64,000 nt of DNA, taken from contig OZ336873.1 of NCBI GenBank assembly GCA_965287045.1, forward strand, positions 44,764,001 through 44,828,000, written 5' to 3'. A program made the position numbers and the translations under genes. Below the pieces are notes generated by a model, which was given only the letters and a program-made list of their open reading frames with translations, did no database searches and was not told where the DNA came from. The stretch comes from Carcharhinus amblyrhynchos. Lineage: Eukaryota. Positions 63,628 to 64,000 of the stretch are shown here, one piece after another (the first letter of the stretch is position 1; the number at the start of each line of letters is the position of its first letter).

Positions 63628-64000
63628 AATATGTTGCGCAGACAGGAAGAACTGGAGAATGGTGCTGCATGGTCCATCTCCTCTGATTCTTCAGATGGTT
63701 CTTCCAGTCCACAGTTGTCAACTAGTGTTAGACATTCTCAAAAAACACTGGTACAGCCGGAAATACAGGGAACAGTCCCTCGAATCACTATAACATTTGC
63801 ACAAACTGAGGATGCTAAGGCAGCTAGTCCTGAGGCTGTCAGACAGCAAGTGGAAGAGGCAGAAGAAGAGAAGGAGACCATAAAACCTGCAATATTGAAT
63901 GGAAATGTGCCAGTTTCCCGAACTCTCAGCCATATTAGTGAAGCAAGTATAGATGCTGAAATGGACTTGAATGCATCAACGAGCGCAGAGTCCAAACTGC
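63628..64000 (+). CDS. RIPOR1: RIPOR1 large central exon, truncated by the window end (NMLRRQEELENGAAWSISSDSSDGSSSPQLST...NGNVPVSRTLSHISEASIDAEMDLNASTSAESKL)
   Basis: gtatag acceptor; frame open with no stop to position 64000; begins like RIPOR1 NMLRRQEELENG. Confidence 0.93.

Overview
This is eukaryotic (vertebrate) genomic DNA. The repeat content (HE1-like V-SINEs, SacSINE1-like DeuSINEs, CR1, L2, Penelope-like elements) points to a shark; that taxon call is an inference. The window holds the 5' part of one + strand multi-exon gene, RIPOR1 (FAM65A). Twelve coding exons run from ATG 12953 to the window end, all with GT-AG junctions whose phases join into one open frame (MSLSMRPVRRILFTGITRSQSFAG...SLREQAFYNMLRRQEELENG...). 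The rest is intronic or upstream sequence dense in decayed transposons, including a nested L2/CR1/Gypsy/LINE stack at about 29.4-33.3 kb. The best leads are: (1) a family of short Penelope-like inverted-repeat insertions with 12-15 bp target-site duplications and minimal hammerhead ribozyme cores, one with an intact core in the pre-mRNA sense strand; (2) a candidate upstream coding exon that would give RIPOR1 an MQMFLCCG- N-terminus; (3) a long intronic inverted repeat at about 60.1-60.7 kb; and (4) a perfect 8x22 bp tandem array near exon 8. No CRISPR array, rRNA or true tRNA gene was found. Most ORFs in the supplied track are spurious or TE fragments. Repeat family names come from recall of consensus sequences and TE boundaries are approximate.
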